DNA of 64,000 nt from the human T2T-CHM13v2.0 reference genome, Homo sapiens: assembly GCF_009914755.1 (NCBI RefSeq), contig NC_060927.1; one strand, 5' to 3'. Each line of letters starts with the position of its first letter. The stretch's first letter is position 1. Made by a program: the position numbers and the translations under genes. Below, in pieces: positions 43,496-64,000 of this stretch. The notes under the pieces were generated by a model. That model was given only the letters and a program-made list of their open reading frames with translations, had not been told where the DNA came from and made no database searches.

Positions 43496-43918
43496 ACTTA
43501 TCTCTTTATAAAAACTTTGTTTCTTACATGTGGGGAAATGTTTATGAATCCTCCTTCTTTATCTCCTTGTTGACTCCTTTTTGTTCTAACTCTCCCTACC
43601 ATAAACATCTCCAATCCATATCTATCAAAAACATGAAATGCTTGATGCCCTGGTTTCTTCCAGTTTTCATTAGGGAATAGACAATGGTTTAAGACACCTA
43701 TTGCTTCAGTTATAATAAGGATGAACATGTAATTTGTTGTCCAAACTGGTACCCTTTAGAGAGTGAAAGGGGGCACTTGAATATACTTACTTAAAATTTT
43801 TATTTATCAGTCAATAAATTGACATCATATTGATGGACTTATAAAATAATACAATTAAAAACTATTTTCTTGGGAGGCCAAGACAGGCAGATCACTTGAG
43901 GTCAGGAGTTTGAGACTA

Positions 43919-44135
<217 letters not shown>

Positions 44136-44356
44136 TTAAAATGGCATGTACATTAAACCAGCTTACAAAACTACTCCACTTATTATCTAAACATTAAAAG
44201 ATAACATAAACTGAGTCCTGGAGGGGCTTCAAGATGGCTGACTAGATGTATCTGGTACTTGCTTCTTCCACAGACAGGAACTACAGAGAGTGAGTAGGTA
44301 ATCACTCTTGGAATTTACGAGAGAACACTAGAATTCAACAGAGAAGTGATGGGAGG

Positions 44357-45073
44357 TGTTACCAGTGGCGAATCCATACGGGTCTGCAGCAACTTGATTG
44401 TTGCCTCCTTAGAGGAAAGAATTTAGCCAAGAGGCATAAGACAGAGGGAGAGACCGAGGAGGCAAGTTAGAGCAGGAGTGAAAGTTTATTAAAAAGTTTT
44501 AGTGGAGGAATGAAAGGAAGTAAAGTACATTTGGAAAAGGGCCAAGCGGACGACTTGAGAAATCCAAGTGCTCTATTCAGCCTTTGACTTGGGGTTTTAT
44601 ACATTGGTGTGGTTCTGGAATTTGCATCTCTCCTCCCTTGATTTTCCCTTGGGGTGGGCTGTCTGCACGCACGATGGCCTGCCAGCACTTGGGCGGGAAG
44701 GGGGTGGGGCGGGGCACACGCATCGTGTGTTTACTAAAGTTGTGCACATGCTCATTTGAGGCATTTTTTTCCTTACCAGTCAGGTGTTCCTAGAGGAAAG
44801 TCATATATCAGTTAAATGCCTCCATTTTGCCTCTTAGTGCCCATGCTTGAGCCTGCTCACCCAACTCCTGAGATTTTATTGGGAAGCTGATGATCACCAG
44901 CTTCAGGTGTTTTCTACTGGGAGACTGCATTAACCTGGCGCCAGCTGCAACCAATTATTATTTTACAGAGACAGTTTAACAACCACCTGACTATCACCTG
45001 ATGGTCACCTGACATTCCTGGGTTGGGTGCCTCTCCTGCCCTGCTCTTGCCTGCCTAACTACCTACTCTAACA
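44357..45073 (-). mobile_element. ERV1 solo LTR, MER50-like
   Basis: TG...CA ends; reverse complement starts TGTTAGAGTAGGTAGTTAGGCAG; inserted into an L1 5' UTR. Confidence 0.75.
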
Positions 45074-45520
45074 GATGCACCAAAAACAGGGAAGGAGGGG
45101 AAGAAAGGCGGCTTGTTTGGCTGGGATCAGCTGAAAGTCTGGGGAGGCCCCCTAGTGAGGGAAAAGATTGTAAGTGAGAGATCTCCAGCAGTTCATATTC
45201 CTACTGCTGACTCCTACAACCCTAGCCATGGGAGAGCCCCTTGACTCTCGTGGGCCACGAGACTAACAAACACAGGGAGCTCCCTGGAAACCGCGTGAAG
45301 GCATTACCCCAGAAAGAGAATTCATGCTGGGTCCCACAAACTCCAAAGTCCTAAGCAGCTGCAGCACAGCACCATTTTGAGAGCCCAGCCCATTCCAGAC
45401 TGCATCCTGGGCAGCTGCCTGAGCCTGCTGCCTGGGCGGTAACAGGAGCCACAGGTAGCAATCTGCCCCAGCAGAGGGGCAGCCATGTGTTTTCAAATGC
45501 CTGGAGGACAATGAAAAACA

Positions 45521-45877
<357 letters not shown>

Positions 45878-46556
45878 CTATGGCCTTGGGGTCACTCCAC
45901 CCTGGCCTACCGCAGTCAGCATCTGCTTGCACCACTGGGGAGCCTGAGGGCACTGCCCAGCCTGGCTCCAACCCCTGCAATACCTGAGCACATAGTCCAG
46001 GGGCCTGGGAAGCACACAGCCCAGCCCACCACCAGTGGAACATGAGCACTCCTCCCAGTATCTGAGGTTAGGCCCGCTCAACCTGTTGCTACCACCACAG
46101 CTGGCACCCACCCACACATGCCACCTGCACGTCTGGCAACTGGCTTGCCCAACCCATGGTAGCTACCACCAACACCAGCGAGGACCACTGGGGTCCCAGA
46201 GCATTGTCCCACCACTGCTACTGCCATTGTCCACACCACATCCACTGCCCAGACACTCAACAACCCATCAATCCACCTGGCCCACCACTGCCATTCCTGG
46301 CACCCGAGCAAGCCATCTGGAGGCCCAAGAAGCAGCCTGCCTGGGCTTCCTAATACTAGTCACAGTGTACATCCTGGGGTCCAAGGACCCCCGTGCTCAG
46401 TTCACTGCTGCCATCACTGGGGCCCAAAAACTGGCCTACCTGGTGCCCTAGTCCCCAGCAAAACTTCACCACAGCCTCCACTAACAACCACAGTCTGAGC
46501 CACAGAAGAAATCACTGACACCATAGATGCTGTTTAAAGCCAAAGAAATCAGACAC

Positions 46557-47257
46557 TGTAACTGCCCAAAGGGTTCTTCCTGCCCTTCCGTAAACAAAAT
46601 TGACTCACTGAGACCATGTCATTGCAGTAAAGCAAGATTTTAGTTGATCTGAGGCCGGCCACACCACACGGGAAATGGAGTTATTACTCAAATCAATCTC
46701 CATGAAGGCTCGCAGGTTAGGAGTTAGATAGTTTGGTGGGCAGGAGGCCCACCTCCTGGTAGGGAGGATAGGGAACATGCTGATTGGTTGGGTCAGAGAT
46801 AAAATCATAGAGAATCAAAGCTGTCCTCTTGTGCTGAGTCAGTTCCCGAATGAGGGCCACAGGACTGTTTGGCAGGTCCAGGTGCGGCCATCCAGTTGTC
46901 AGAAATGCAAAAACCTGAAAAGACATCTCAAAAGGCCAATCTCAGGTTCTACAATAGTGATGTTATCTGCAAGTAACTGGGGAAGTTGCAAACCTTATGA
47001 CTTCCAAATAATGGCTGGTAATTATTTAGAATTCAAGCCCCTCTCATCCTCCTAACGTGGCAGCCTTTCATTAGTTTTGTAAGAACAGTTTAATTTTGAG
47101 AAAGGACTATTATCACTCAAACTATAAACTTCTCCCAAAGTTAGCTTGGCCTACACCCAGGAATGAGCTGGGGCAGCCAACTTGTGGGGCTAGAAGCAAG
47201 ATAGAGTCAGCCATGTCAGATTTCTCTTACTGTTATAATTTTGCAAAGGAGGTTTCA
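46557..47257 (-). mobile_element. ERV1 solo LTR, LTR8/LTR8A-like
   Basis: tgtaactgcccaaagggttc ... ttataattttgcaaaggaggtttca ends. Confidence 0.75.
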
Positions 47258-48610
47258 AAACTATCCTACTGCATGCACCCAGAATCAAAGCCAAAGTGCC
47301 CTACCCAACCAACACCATAGACATATCTTTAAAAAAATATCCTCCCCCATAAAAGCAAAATTTAAAAATCGGAAGATGTGACTGTAATACCAGATGCACA
47401 GATATCAACGGAAGGATACAGAAACCATGAAAAAGCAAGGAAATAGGATACCTCCAAGGAAACACAATAATTCTCCAGCAACAGATCCCAATCAAAAAGA
47501 AATTTGTTCAGGAGTATGTTAATTTCCATGTACTTGTACAGTTTCAAGAGTTCCTCTTGGAACTGATTTCTAGTTTTATTCCACTGTGGTCCAGGAAGCT
47601 ACTTGGTATGATTTCAGTTTTTTAAAGTTTATTGAGATTTGTTGTGTGGAAGAGATAAACACAGTTGATAAACCGCTAGCTGGACTAACCAAGAAAAGAA
47701 GAGAGATGCTTCAAATAAGCAAAATGAAAAAGGAGACATTACAACTGATACCACAAAAAAACAAAAGATCATCTGAGACTACTATGAACAGCTAACAAAC
47801 TTTTATGCTAACAAACTGGAAAACCTAGAGGAAAACATACAACCTTGTTTGAACTAAGTTTCAATAAAGATTCAGACTTGTTCAAGTTTGAACTAAGTTT
47901 GAATTAGGAAGAAACAGAAAACCTGAGCAGACAAATAATGAGTAGCAAGATTGAGTCAGTAATAAAAAAATCTTCCAACAAAGAAAAGGCCAGGATTGGA
48001 TGGATTTACTGCAATATCCTACCAAATGTATAAAGAATAACTAATACCAATCCTCCTCAAACTATTCCAAAAAATCAAAGATGAGGGAACTTTCTCTAAC
48101 TCTCTAATTCTGCAAGACTAGCATTATTACCCTGATACCAAAACCAGACAAGGACACACAAAAAAAAATGGAAACTATCGGCCAATATCCCTGATGAACA
48201 TAGATGCAAAAATCCTCAACAAAATACTAGCAAATCAAATCCAGTGGCACATCAAAAAAAAAAAAATGCACCATGATCATTACACATTCTATGCATGTAA
48301 CAAAATTTCACATGCACCTCATAAATATGTACAAATATATCAAAAACAAATAAATAACATGTAAATCTTTTTATTTTTATTTTTAGTTACCAGCTCTTAC
48401 ACAGAAAAAGGTGAATTTTTAAAAATTTAAAAAATAAAAGTAAATCTAAAAAAGAGATAACAATCAGAATAATTATTCTTCATATGTACTCACATGCTTT
48501 AATGAGTTTCTTGGCCATATCTGTCTTAATTACGTACCTGTGTATTTTTCTAATGAATTTATTTATGTTTTTTACCAAGGCCTTGTTAATTTTTTCACAA
48601 AATTGTAACC

Positions 48611-52545
<3,935 letters not shown>

Positions 52546-54807
52546 TAAAGTAACAAAACCACTGTTGCAAGAGAGTTCAAACTACTCCCAGCAGGACTGC
52601 TCAGCATCTAGTTCCCACACATGCATCATGTACCCATAACCTAACCCATAATTTTCCACGTTTCTCACTGACCCCATTGATTTGCAGCCTGGCAGCTTCA
52701 CACATCTCACAGGCTAACACAGAAAGAAACTATTGCCTAACTGGCTGGAATGCTTAACAGCTTGCATGGGTTACAAGGATATGTTTTATTATGTTTTGAC
52801 TGGAAGGGTCTCTGGTTGACTTTCATATATAATCATATGTAAAAGTAAGCATTCCATTCACTGCACATGGACATCTCATACACTACTAGCTAAGATCATG
52901 GCTGGATGCTGGAAGGATGAAATTATATGTACCTTGTGTGGGATACAAGCTAAATCAGATGAGATAATGAACAACAGACACAAACTGGAACTGCACTAGG
53001 CAAACTGATATATATGGTCACTGTATCTATAATTGAATTACTGTTTTCAAAAGGGACTTGGCAACATTCTGTAGCATTTTCTTACCACATAACCATAGAC
53101 CTATACACAAAGGGCCCTTAGCTTCTTCTCATCTCCTGCTGCACTTTGTTCTTACCTCTATTGTAAGAGTTACATTATACTCTAATTATCTGTTTATATA
53201 CCTGTCAAGTCCACAGCCTGTAAATCCTTGAAGAAAGAGATTGGGTCTTTTGCAGTTTTGTATAAGATATGTTTAGGAACATAGATTCAGGGCATCTTGA
53301 ATCTATGCTCCCAAGAAAAAAAATAATTTTTATTAAAAAAAGAAATGCTTATAGATAAATAAATGGATCAATGCAAATGACCCAAATGAACTTAGAAAAT
53401 GAAGTTGATGTCTCTTAGACCATACTTTTCATACTCTCCGAAGACATGGGATGGGGTAGAAGTAGGAGTTGGTAGGGGAGGACACGTTTGAACCTGCATT
53501 TTTAACAAGCACCCTGGGTGATTCTGATGTCAATAGCTCATAGGACACACTGCCTTCAGTCAGGAGCTCAGGCCAAAGTAGAGAGAAGCTGAAGACCACA
53601 GTGCAGGCACCAAAGGCAATTTCAATTTTGATCAAAATTCTTCTAGCATCAGCGATTGAGGTCTTGGGAAGAGCCAAAATAAGTGGGCTCTACAATATTT
53701 GCAGAAGATGCTCCAGCAGAGGATTATTTCCCAAGGGAATATAAGTGTACAAACATATGTCAGCAGATTAAACCAACCACACTCCACGTATACTTTTACA
53801 AGCACCACAGCCCATGCTTAGAAAACAGGTCTGGGTTTCTTTCAGGAGAACATAGTTTAGTCAGTAGTTAGAGTTGAGAAAGAGTGACTCTCTATATAGC
53901 ATTCTAGCATCCTACAAATAGTAGAACTGGCTTTATGGAAGTAAAAATTTCATTAAGCAATTTACTCTTTCTGACTAGCTCTTTACAATTCTGTATGGCT
54001 TTTGTTATCAGATTTAATTGGAATCTTTCATCCCTTTATCAAGCATTTATTTAATACCACTATGGGCCAGGCACTAGACTCAATGCTAATGAAAACACAG
54101 ATGAGGATGACACTGTTTTCAAGAGTCTCCTGTAGAGTGGGAGAGACAAACATGCCTCCTGTTGTAAAGTGGGAAGTGTGAGAATGACGGTAAATCCAAT
54201 GGGCTCATCTCCTGGAACCACCCTCTACCCTGTGCTTCCAACATTTCTCCAGCTCCCAAACCTACCAGGCTTCCTGGCTTGAGAACAGGCTCACAATGCC
54301 TTTGCTTTCCACCTCCTCCCACTTACCAATTTCTCCTCTCTCTTTCCAGCTTTAGCTCTTAGATGCAGTGCTGCAGTGAACATCTATGTAACCCAATCTT
54401 CATGCCATGATTATTTCCTTAGAATACATCCCTAGAAATAGAATTTCTGGGCCAAAATGTATGCAAAATATGAAAGCATTCAATGCATGTTCCTAGATTG
54501 CTGAAGAAGTTAACGCACCTATCTGCTCAGTACAAGAGTTCTCATTTCTACCGCCTCGTCAATGGTTGTCACTTTTTTTGTAAAATATTAACAAATTTTT
54601 AGATGAAAATGGTATCTTGGTTTAATTTGCACTCTTTAGATTACTAGTAAAATTAAATAAAATAAAGATATTTCCCAATAAAAGTTTTAAAAAGATATTT
54701 CCTGTGTTTATCACTAAATGCAACCACCATGATCATTTTGTTCTATTTTTTAATGCTTTATATGCATTGAATGTAGTTGAAGACACAGTATGCATATAAT
54801 TTGATAG

Positions 54808-55140
<333 letters not shown>

Positions 55141-55364
55141 TAATGAAAATATCATGATCATTTCCTTAGAATCTTTAAAGCCATTATTTTTCATGGTTGC
55201 ACACTCAGGTAGCTAACACACACATACACACTTTTTAAAAAAGTATAATTTCTATTTCTATTTCCTCAAGAATGCAGAAGTTCTTTCATTCTCTACATTC
55301 TAAAGAAAACTGAAGAGGATAGGTGATTTTTTTCTCTATCATATCCCTTATTTTCTTCCCACAA

Positions 55365-55574
55365 GAACCACAAAGCCCCCAAACTGGCCCAAGCCTATCT
55401 ATGACTTGGATAAAAAGGATCCAAGAAACAATGGCTTCCTCAATGATGACTTCATTGTGTGGATGCGGGCAGCTGCCTTTCCCACTTTCAAAAAACTGTA
55501 TGGTCGACTCAGTCGAACACACCATTTTATAGAAGGCTTGCCTGCTGGTAATTATAGTTTCAACATAACCTATA
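55365..55574 (+). pseudogene. TMEM30CP: TMEM30C exon 6 (GTTKPPNWPKP...FNITY); in-frame acceptor reads AA; U12-type donor
   Basis: ttcccacaa|GAACCACAAAG; donor A|GTATCCTTTT; 210 nt; overlaps ORF 55406..55603. Confidence 0.92.
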
Positions 55575-58912
<3,338 letters not shown>

Positions 58913-59103
58913 ACTTCCCAGTAACCAGGTTCCACGGAGAAAAATCAGTTGTTCTCTCCACCCTGACATGGTGTGGGGGTAATAGCCTTTTCTTAGGTCT
59001 TGCCTACACAGTGACAGGAGCTATGACATGGTTGGCCTCCTTTGCCATGATGGCAATTCACATCATGCTGAAAAACAAGAAAATGTCCTTCTTCCATCAA
59101 TAA
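58913..59103 (+). pseudogene. TMEM30CP: TMEM30C exon 7 coding part (NFPVTRFHGEK...TM2...SFFHQ*)
   Basis: U12-type branch point TTCTTAAC 58893-58900, cttag| acceptor; hydrophobic LFLGLAYTVTGAMTWLASFAMMAIHIML; TAA at 59101-59103. Confidence 0.93.
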
Positions 59104-59104
59104 A
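59099..59104 (+). terminator. AATAAA overlapping the TMEM30C stop codon
   Basis: CAT CAA TAA A. Confidence 0.55.
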
Positions 59105-59499
59105 GTCAAGCTTTAAAAAGAAAAGGAGGAAACAAAACTGGACAGTGAAGTAACAGAACCAAAGATCTCTGAAGGGCTGGAGATGACTGGGATGTTTCAA
59201 CAAGGGGAACTAGGTTGACTGAACTAAAATCAATTTCAAATAGACAATGAAGAGAATTTTAGAGTTAAAAAGAAGAAGGAAGAAGAGGGGAGGCATAATT
59301 ATACGTAGTAAAATGTCCTTGGTGTGGGGAGAATAAGTCACTCTTGAGCTCTAGACCAGTTTTCCAGTATTTATTTGAAGTCCTTGAGCCTGAAGGCAGG
59401 TGAACTCTGTAAGAGAGTGCCATCACCAGAAAAGAGCAAGCAATCTGGGGTACCCACGATTAGGTGAGTCCTAACCATCGGATCAGGCTCAAACCATGA

Positions 59500-60152
<653 letters not shown>

Positions 60153-60941
60153 TGAAATTATTATAACCACCCCAACAATTGTTGAACTAAATTCAGCATC
60201 AGGATGATTTTTGAAAACTGATTTTTTTTTAATGTTCTCCCTTTTCTATAGAGTTAGAGTTAGAGTTTTTTCTGCTAAGAACAGACCAAGCAAAGGTTAT
60301 GGCAATATCCTGAGCACTCAAAATACAGCCATGCACCAAAAAGAAAGGCTAGAAACTTCCCTAAAGTTATCCATTTGGCCAAGAGGGAAGCATTGAAAGT
60401 GACTGATTCTCAAACACTGTACTCAGCATGTTGAAGGCACAACAATGCTAGAACTTATATTGGGATGACATGTTCTAGAATACAAATGATGTTGTAGATT
60501 TATGATACTTGAATTAACGTTTTGAGGAAGGTTCTCAGGGTCTCTCTTGAAAGGCTTTAATTCCTGCCAAAGGTCCCTCACAGGAGACTGGATGGAATGC
60601 TTAGTGAATCTGTCAGGACATGAAGCCCCACAGATTTGTATACCTAGCTGGCCACAATATTATATTTTTTAAGACATTTTTATGTTAATTTTTTAGAGGT
60701 GGGGGAAGCTTTACTCTGATTATTCTAGGAGCAGAATTGTCATTGTTAAATAAAAATATAGTGCCAACACATGTTCATCTCTTTAGTAGCCAAGAAAGCA
60801 TTTCTTTGTTGCAACTTTCTATGTTTGTCACATAATCGAGTACTTTTCTAAAAAATAAAATAATTTTAAGTACCAACTCTGAAATCTTAGAATCCTTCCC
60901 CTATCTCACCTTCCATTTGTAACCAATTACCTCTGACCAGG

Positions 60942-61385
60942 TGTGGTAGGTAGAATAATACCCCCTGCCCACCACCAATGATGTCCACGTCCTAATTCCC
61001 GGAATGTGTAAATGTATTAAATGTCCAGAGAGACTCTACAGATATGATTAAGGACACTGATAGAAGGAGATGATCCTGGGTGATTTGGGTGGGCCCACTG
61101 CAGTCATAAGGGCCTTATAAGAGGCAGGCAGTGATAAAAGGAGTAGTAGGAGATGCAACAACAGAAGCAGGAGGTTGGAGTGATGCGAGGAAGTGGCCAT
61201 GATCCAAAGAATGTAAGTGGCCTCCAGAAGCTGAAAAAAGCAAGAAATAGATTCTTCCCCGAAGCCTTCAGACGCCCTACTGACACTTTGATCTGATCTG
61301 CAGAAATGTAAGAGAATAAATTTACCTTGTTTCAAGCATACTGTGTATGGTAATTTGTTACAATGGCAATAGAAAATGAACACGT
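60942..61385 (+). mobile_element. MLT1C/D-like MaLR solo LTR
   Basis: tgtggtaggtagaataat...tggtaatttgttacaatggcaatagaaaatgaacac. Confidence 0.8.
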
Positions 61386-61611
61386 CAGAGGTTGGCAATG
61401 CTTTAGTCATCTGAGTAATTGTTTCTGGAGCTTAGGTAATCTATCCAGAGCAGAGCACTAGGAAGGGACAAGGCTCACACATAACCTAGGCCCACTGACT
61501 TACGATCCTGGGCTCATGGCCTCTTAGTCCACACTCCTCAGTTACGGTGCTGGTTAGGAAAGGCACGAGCACATTTGTTACATCTTAGCCTTGCTTGTCA
61601 GCTTAGGGGAT

Positions 61612-61709
61612 GCTGGATTAGTCAGAGTTCTACAGAGAAGCAGAATCACTAAAGTGTGTACAGGTGTATGGACAGGATAGACAGAAAGATGATAGATGGA
61701 TAGATAGAT

Positions 61710-61770
<61 letters not shown>

Positions 61771-62145
61771 TTTAAGATATTGTGGAGGCTGGCAAGTCCA
61801 AAATCTGACAGGAGAGGCCTCTCAGGAAAGAGGTGCAGTTCAAATCCAAGGCAGTCTCCTGGACAAGCAGGAATTGCCGATGTAGATGAAGTCTACAGGC
61901 AGTATGCTGGGGAGTTCCCTCTTGCTCTGAGGTCAGCCTTTTGTTCTATTTAGGCTTTCAGGGGATTGGATGAGGCCCACCCACATTATGGAGGGCCATC
62001 TGCTGTACCCGAAGTCCACCGATTTAAGTGCAAATCTTATCCAAAAATACCCTCACAGAAACAACCAGAATAATGTTTGACCAAGTATCGGGACGCCCCA
62101 TGGCCCAGCCAAGTTGACATATAAAATTAACCATTAACCATCACA
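61612..62145 (-). mobile_element. MLT2-like LTR containing a (GATA)n tract
   Basis: attagtcagagttctacagagaagcagaa...aagttgacatataaaattaaccat. Confidence 0.75.
61692..61770. repeat. (GATA)n tetranucleotide microsatellite
   Basis: Long, near-perfect TAGA run. Confidence 0.95.
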
Positions 62146-62572
62146 GCTGCCAAGAAGGCATCTGCATCCATGAAGTGGTCCAACATTTTCCCAACAAAGC
62201 ATTTGTCATTTAACTTTATGCTAGAGTCAGCTTAATGAATAGGACCTATACAAAAACGTGTCATATCCATGAGAAGCTAAACTCTTCAAGAAAAATGCAT
62301 GGCCAGAATTTATGACAGAATGGAAATTGTTCCACTCCTTTTTTCTCCTTCTCCACAAGTCAGTGCATCCAAAGCAGTTTATCTTTGCAGGACTCTCACT
62401 CTGCTGTACAATCTGGGAGCCATCCTCCTTAACCTTGATAGAGGAAAAGCATTGTCATTCACAATTCACTCCCTACCCACAATGGGAAGCTTAACTTCTC
62501 TGGTTTTCTTTCTCACCTATTCTTTCTCTTCTCTTCCCCTCTCCCATCATCTCGCTTGTCTCCTTCCTCCAC

Positions 62573-62870
62573 ATTTTTTTTTTTTTTGAGACAGAGTCTC
62601 ACTGTGTCACCCAGGTTGGAGTGCAGTGGTGTGATCATAGCTCACTGCAGCTTTGACCTCCCAGGCTCAAACAATCCTCCCACCTCAGCCTCCTGAGTAG
62701 CTGGGACTACAGGCATCCACCACCATACCCAGCGAAATTTTTTTTTTTTTTTAGTAGAGATGGGGTGTCTCTATGTTGCTTAGGCTGGTCTCGAACTCCT
62801 GGGCTCAAGTGATCCTTCTGCCTCAACTTCCCCAAGTGTTAGAATTACAGGTGTGAGCCACTGCACCAGG
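62573..62870 (-). mobile_element. AluJ
   Basis: Antisense dimer. Confidence 0.9.
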
Positions 62871-64000
62871 TCCTTCCTCCACTTTTCTAATTCTTCATCC
62901 TTGTGCTTTTGTGAACTGGTTGGTGAAAATTTGGAAAAATCAAAAAAGTAAGTGCTATTCTACTCTGTCTCCAACTCCTGGCAACAATGCTGGAGATGGA
63001 GGAGATATAAAGTGAGTGTGAGATTGAGAGAGAACAACGAGAATGAGAGATTCTGAATGTGTAAGTGTGTGTGTGTCAGCGTGTAACTGGTTAGAAACTC
63101 AATGGGGTTTTGAGGTGCTTTTATTTTGGTGTATATTTTAAGTGCAAGGGCAAATGCAGTAAGGTATAAAATGGGGCAGGTTGAAATTACAGGTGAAAGC
63201 GTAGACTTGACCTTTACTTGAAATTTACTTATTAAATCCCTACCTTGTGTGACAAGTTCACAATGTTGAGGATACCAAAATGAGCCACCTGGGCCCCTGT
63301 TTGGAAGGCACTCATCATCTCACACCAACCTTTGTGTCCTTTTTAATCCACTTGCACTCAGCCCACACAGTTGCGCATGATTCCATACCCTCCTTAAGCA
63401 GGTTTCTCTCAGTTTCCTGTATGTCAGTCTGCTCCTGCTCCCAAAGACAGAAAAGGGAATGCTCTCACAAGACAGCAGCAGTCTTCCAACTCCCTCCGTA
63501 TTATCCCAGAGCACCTAAGTCCATGCAGAGGTGTTCAAGTTGATAGAAACCTACTGACTTGGACAAAACAATATCTTTCCCAGCCTGCAATAAGCCCTCC
63601 TTGATGAAGGCTGGTTTTTCATCTGGTTTCTTTCATGGTACAGGCTTTATTAACCAAATTTTAATAAGAGAAAACCAGCTTCGGGCAGCTGCTGGTGGTT
63701 TTCCTTTGCAATGTGTCCAACAGAATTGCACAGTGCCACAGCCTATGGTTGTCAACATTGTTGTCTCTGGATGTTCATAAGTGATAGGACTGCACAGCAG
63801 ATTTCTGCTGGCTTTTCCACTGGGTGAGAGAAAGGGAAGCCCATGTCTGAGAAGGGGGTTTCTTAGAGCCCGGGAGTCACTCAGGCACTCAGCCCAGGGT
63901 CACCCTCATTAGGACGGTCTCATGATTCCATTGCTAAATCTGCTTTGGTTTGGCAAATAGAAATGTGGCCCTTTGAAGTATTTATCACTACTAAGCAGGT

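Noticed and set aside
47845-47905. gtttgaactaagttt duplicated around a partly inverted spacer inside L1 ORF2
   Set aside because: Probably a small repair or template-switch scar in a dead L1; no functional indication

Overview
Primate, almost certainly human, repeat-rich genomic DNA; from gene content I place it at the 3q12 CMSS1/TMEM30CP locus. Two + strand loci are present. (1) The last eight coding exons of CMSS1 (7766-25724), with AATAAA at 25913 and a full-length antisense MSTA-type MaLR provirus just downstream. (2) All seven coding exons of TMEM30C/CDC50C (33023-59103), the testis-type P4-ATPase flippase beta-subunit treated as a pseudogene in humans. Joined by hand, the seven exons give an uninterrupted 344-codon ORF with no stop or frameshift. 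The only lesions I can see are two destroyed splice acceptors (exon 4 AG>AC, exon 6 AG>AA) and intronic poly(A) signals after exon 3. The last intron is an intact U12-type (minor spliceosome) intron, and the terminal AATAAA overlaps the stop codon. The rest is Alu, L1, LTR and DNA-transposon debris, including nested insertions, a tailless Alu with a target-site duplication and a perfect 33-bp palindrome. Nearly all other ORFs in the track are spurious. Repeat boundaries and subfamily names are by eye and approximate.
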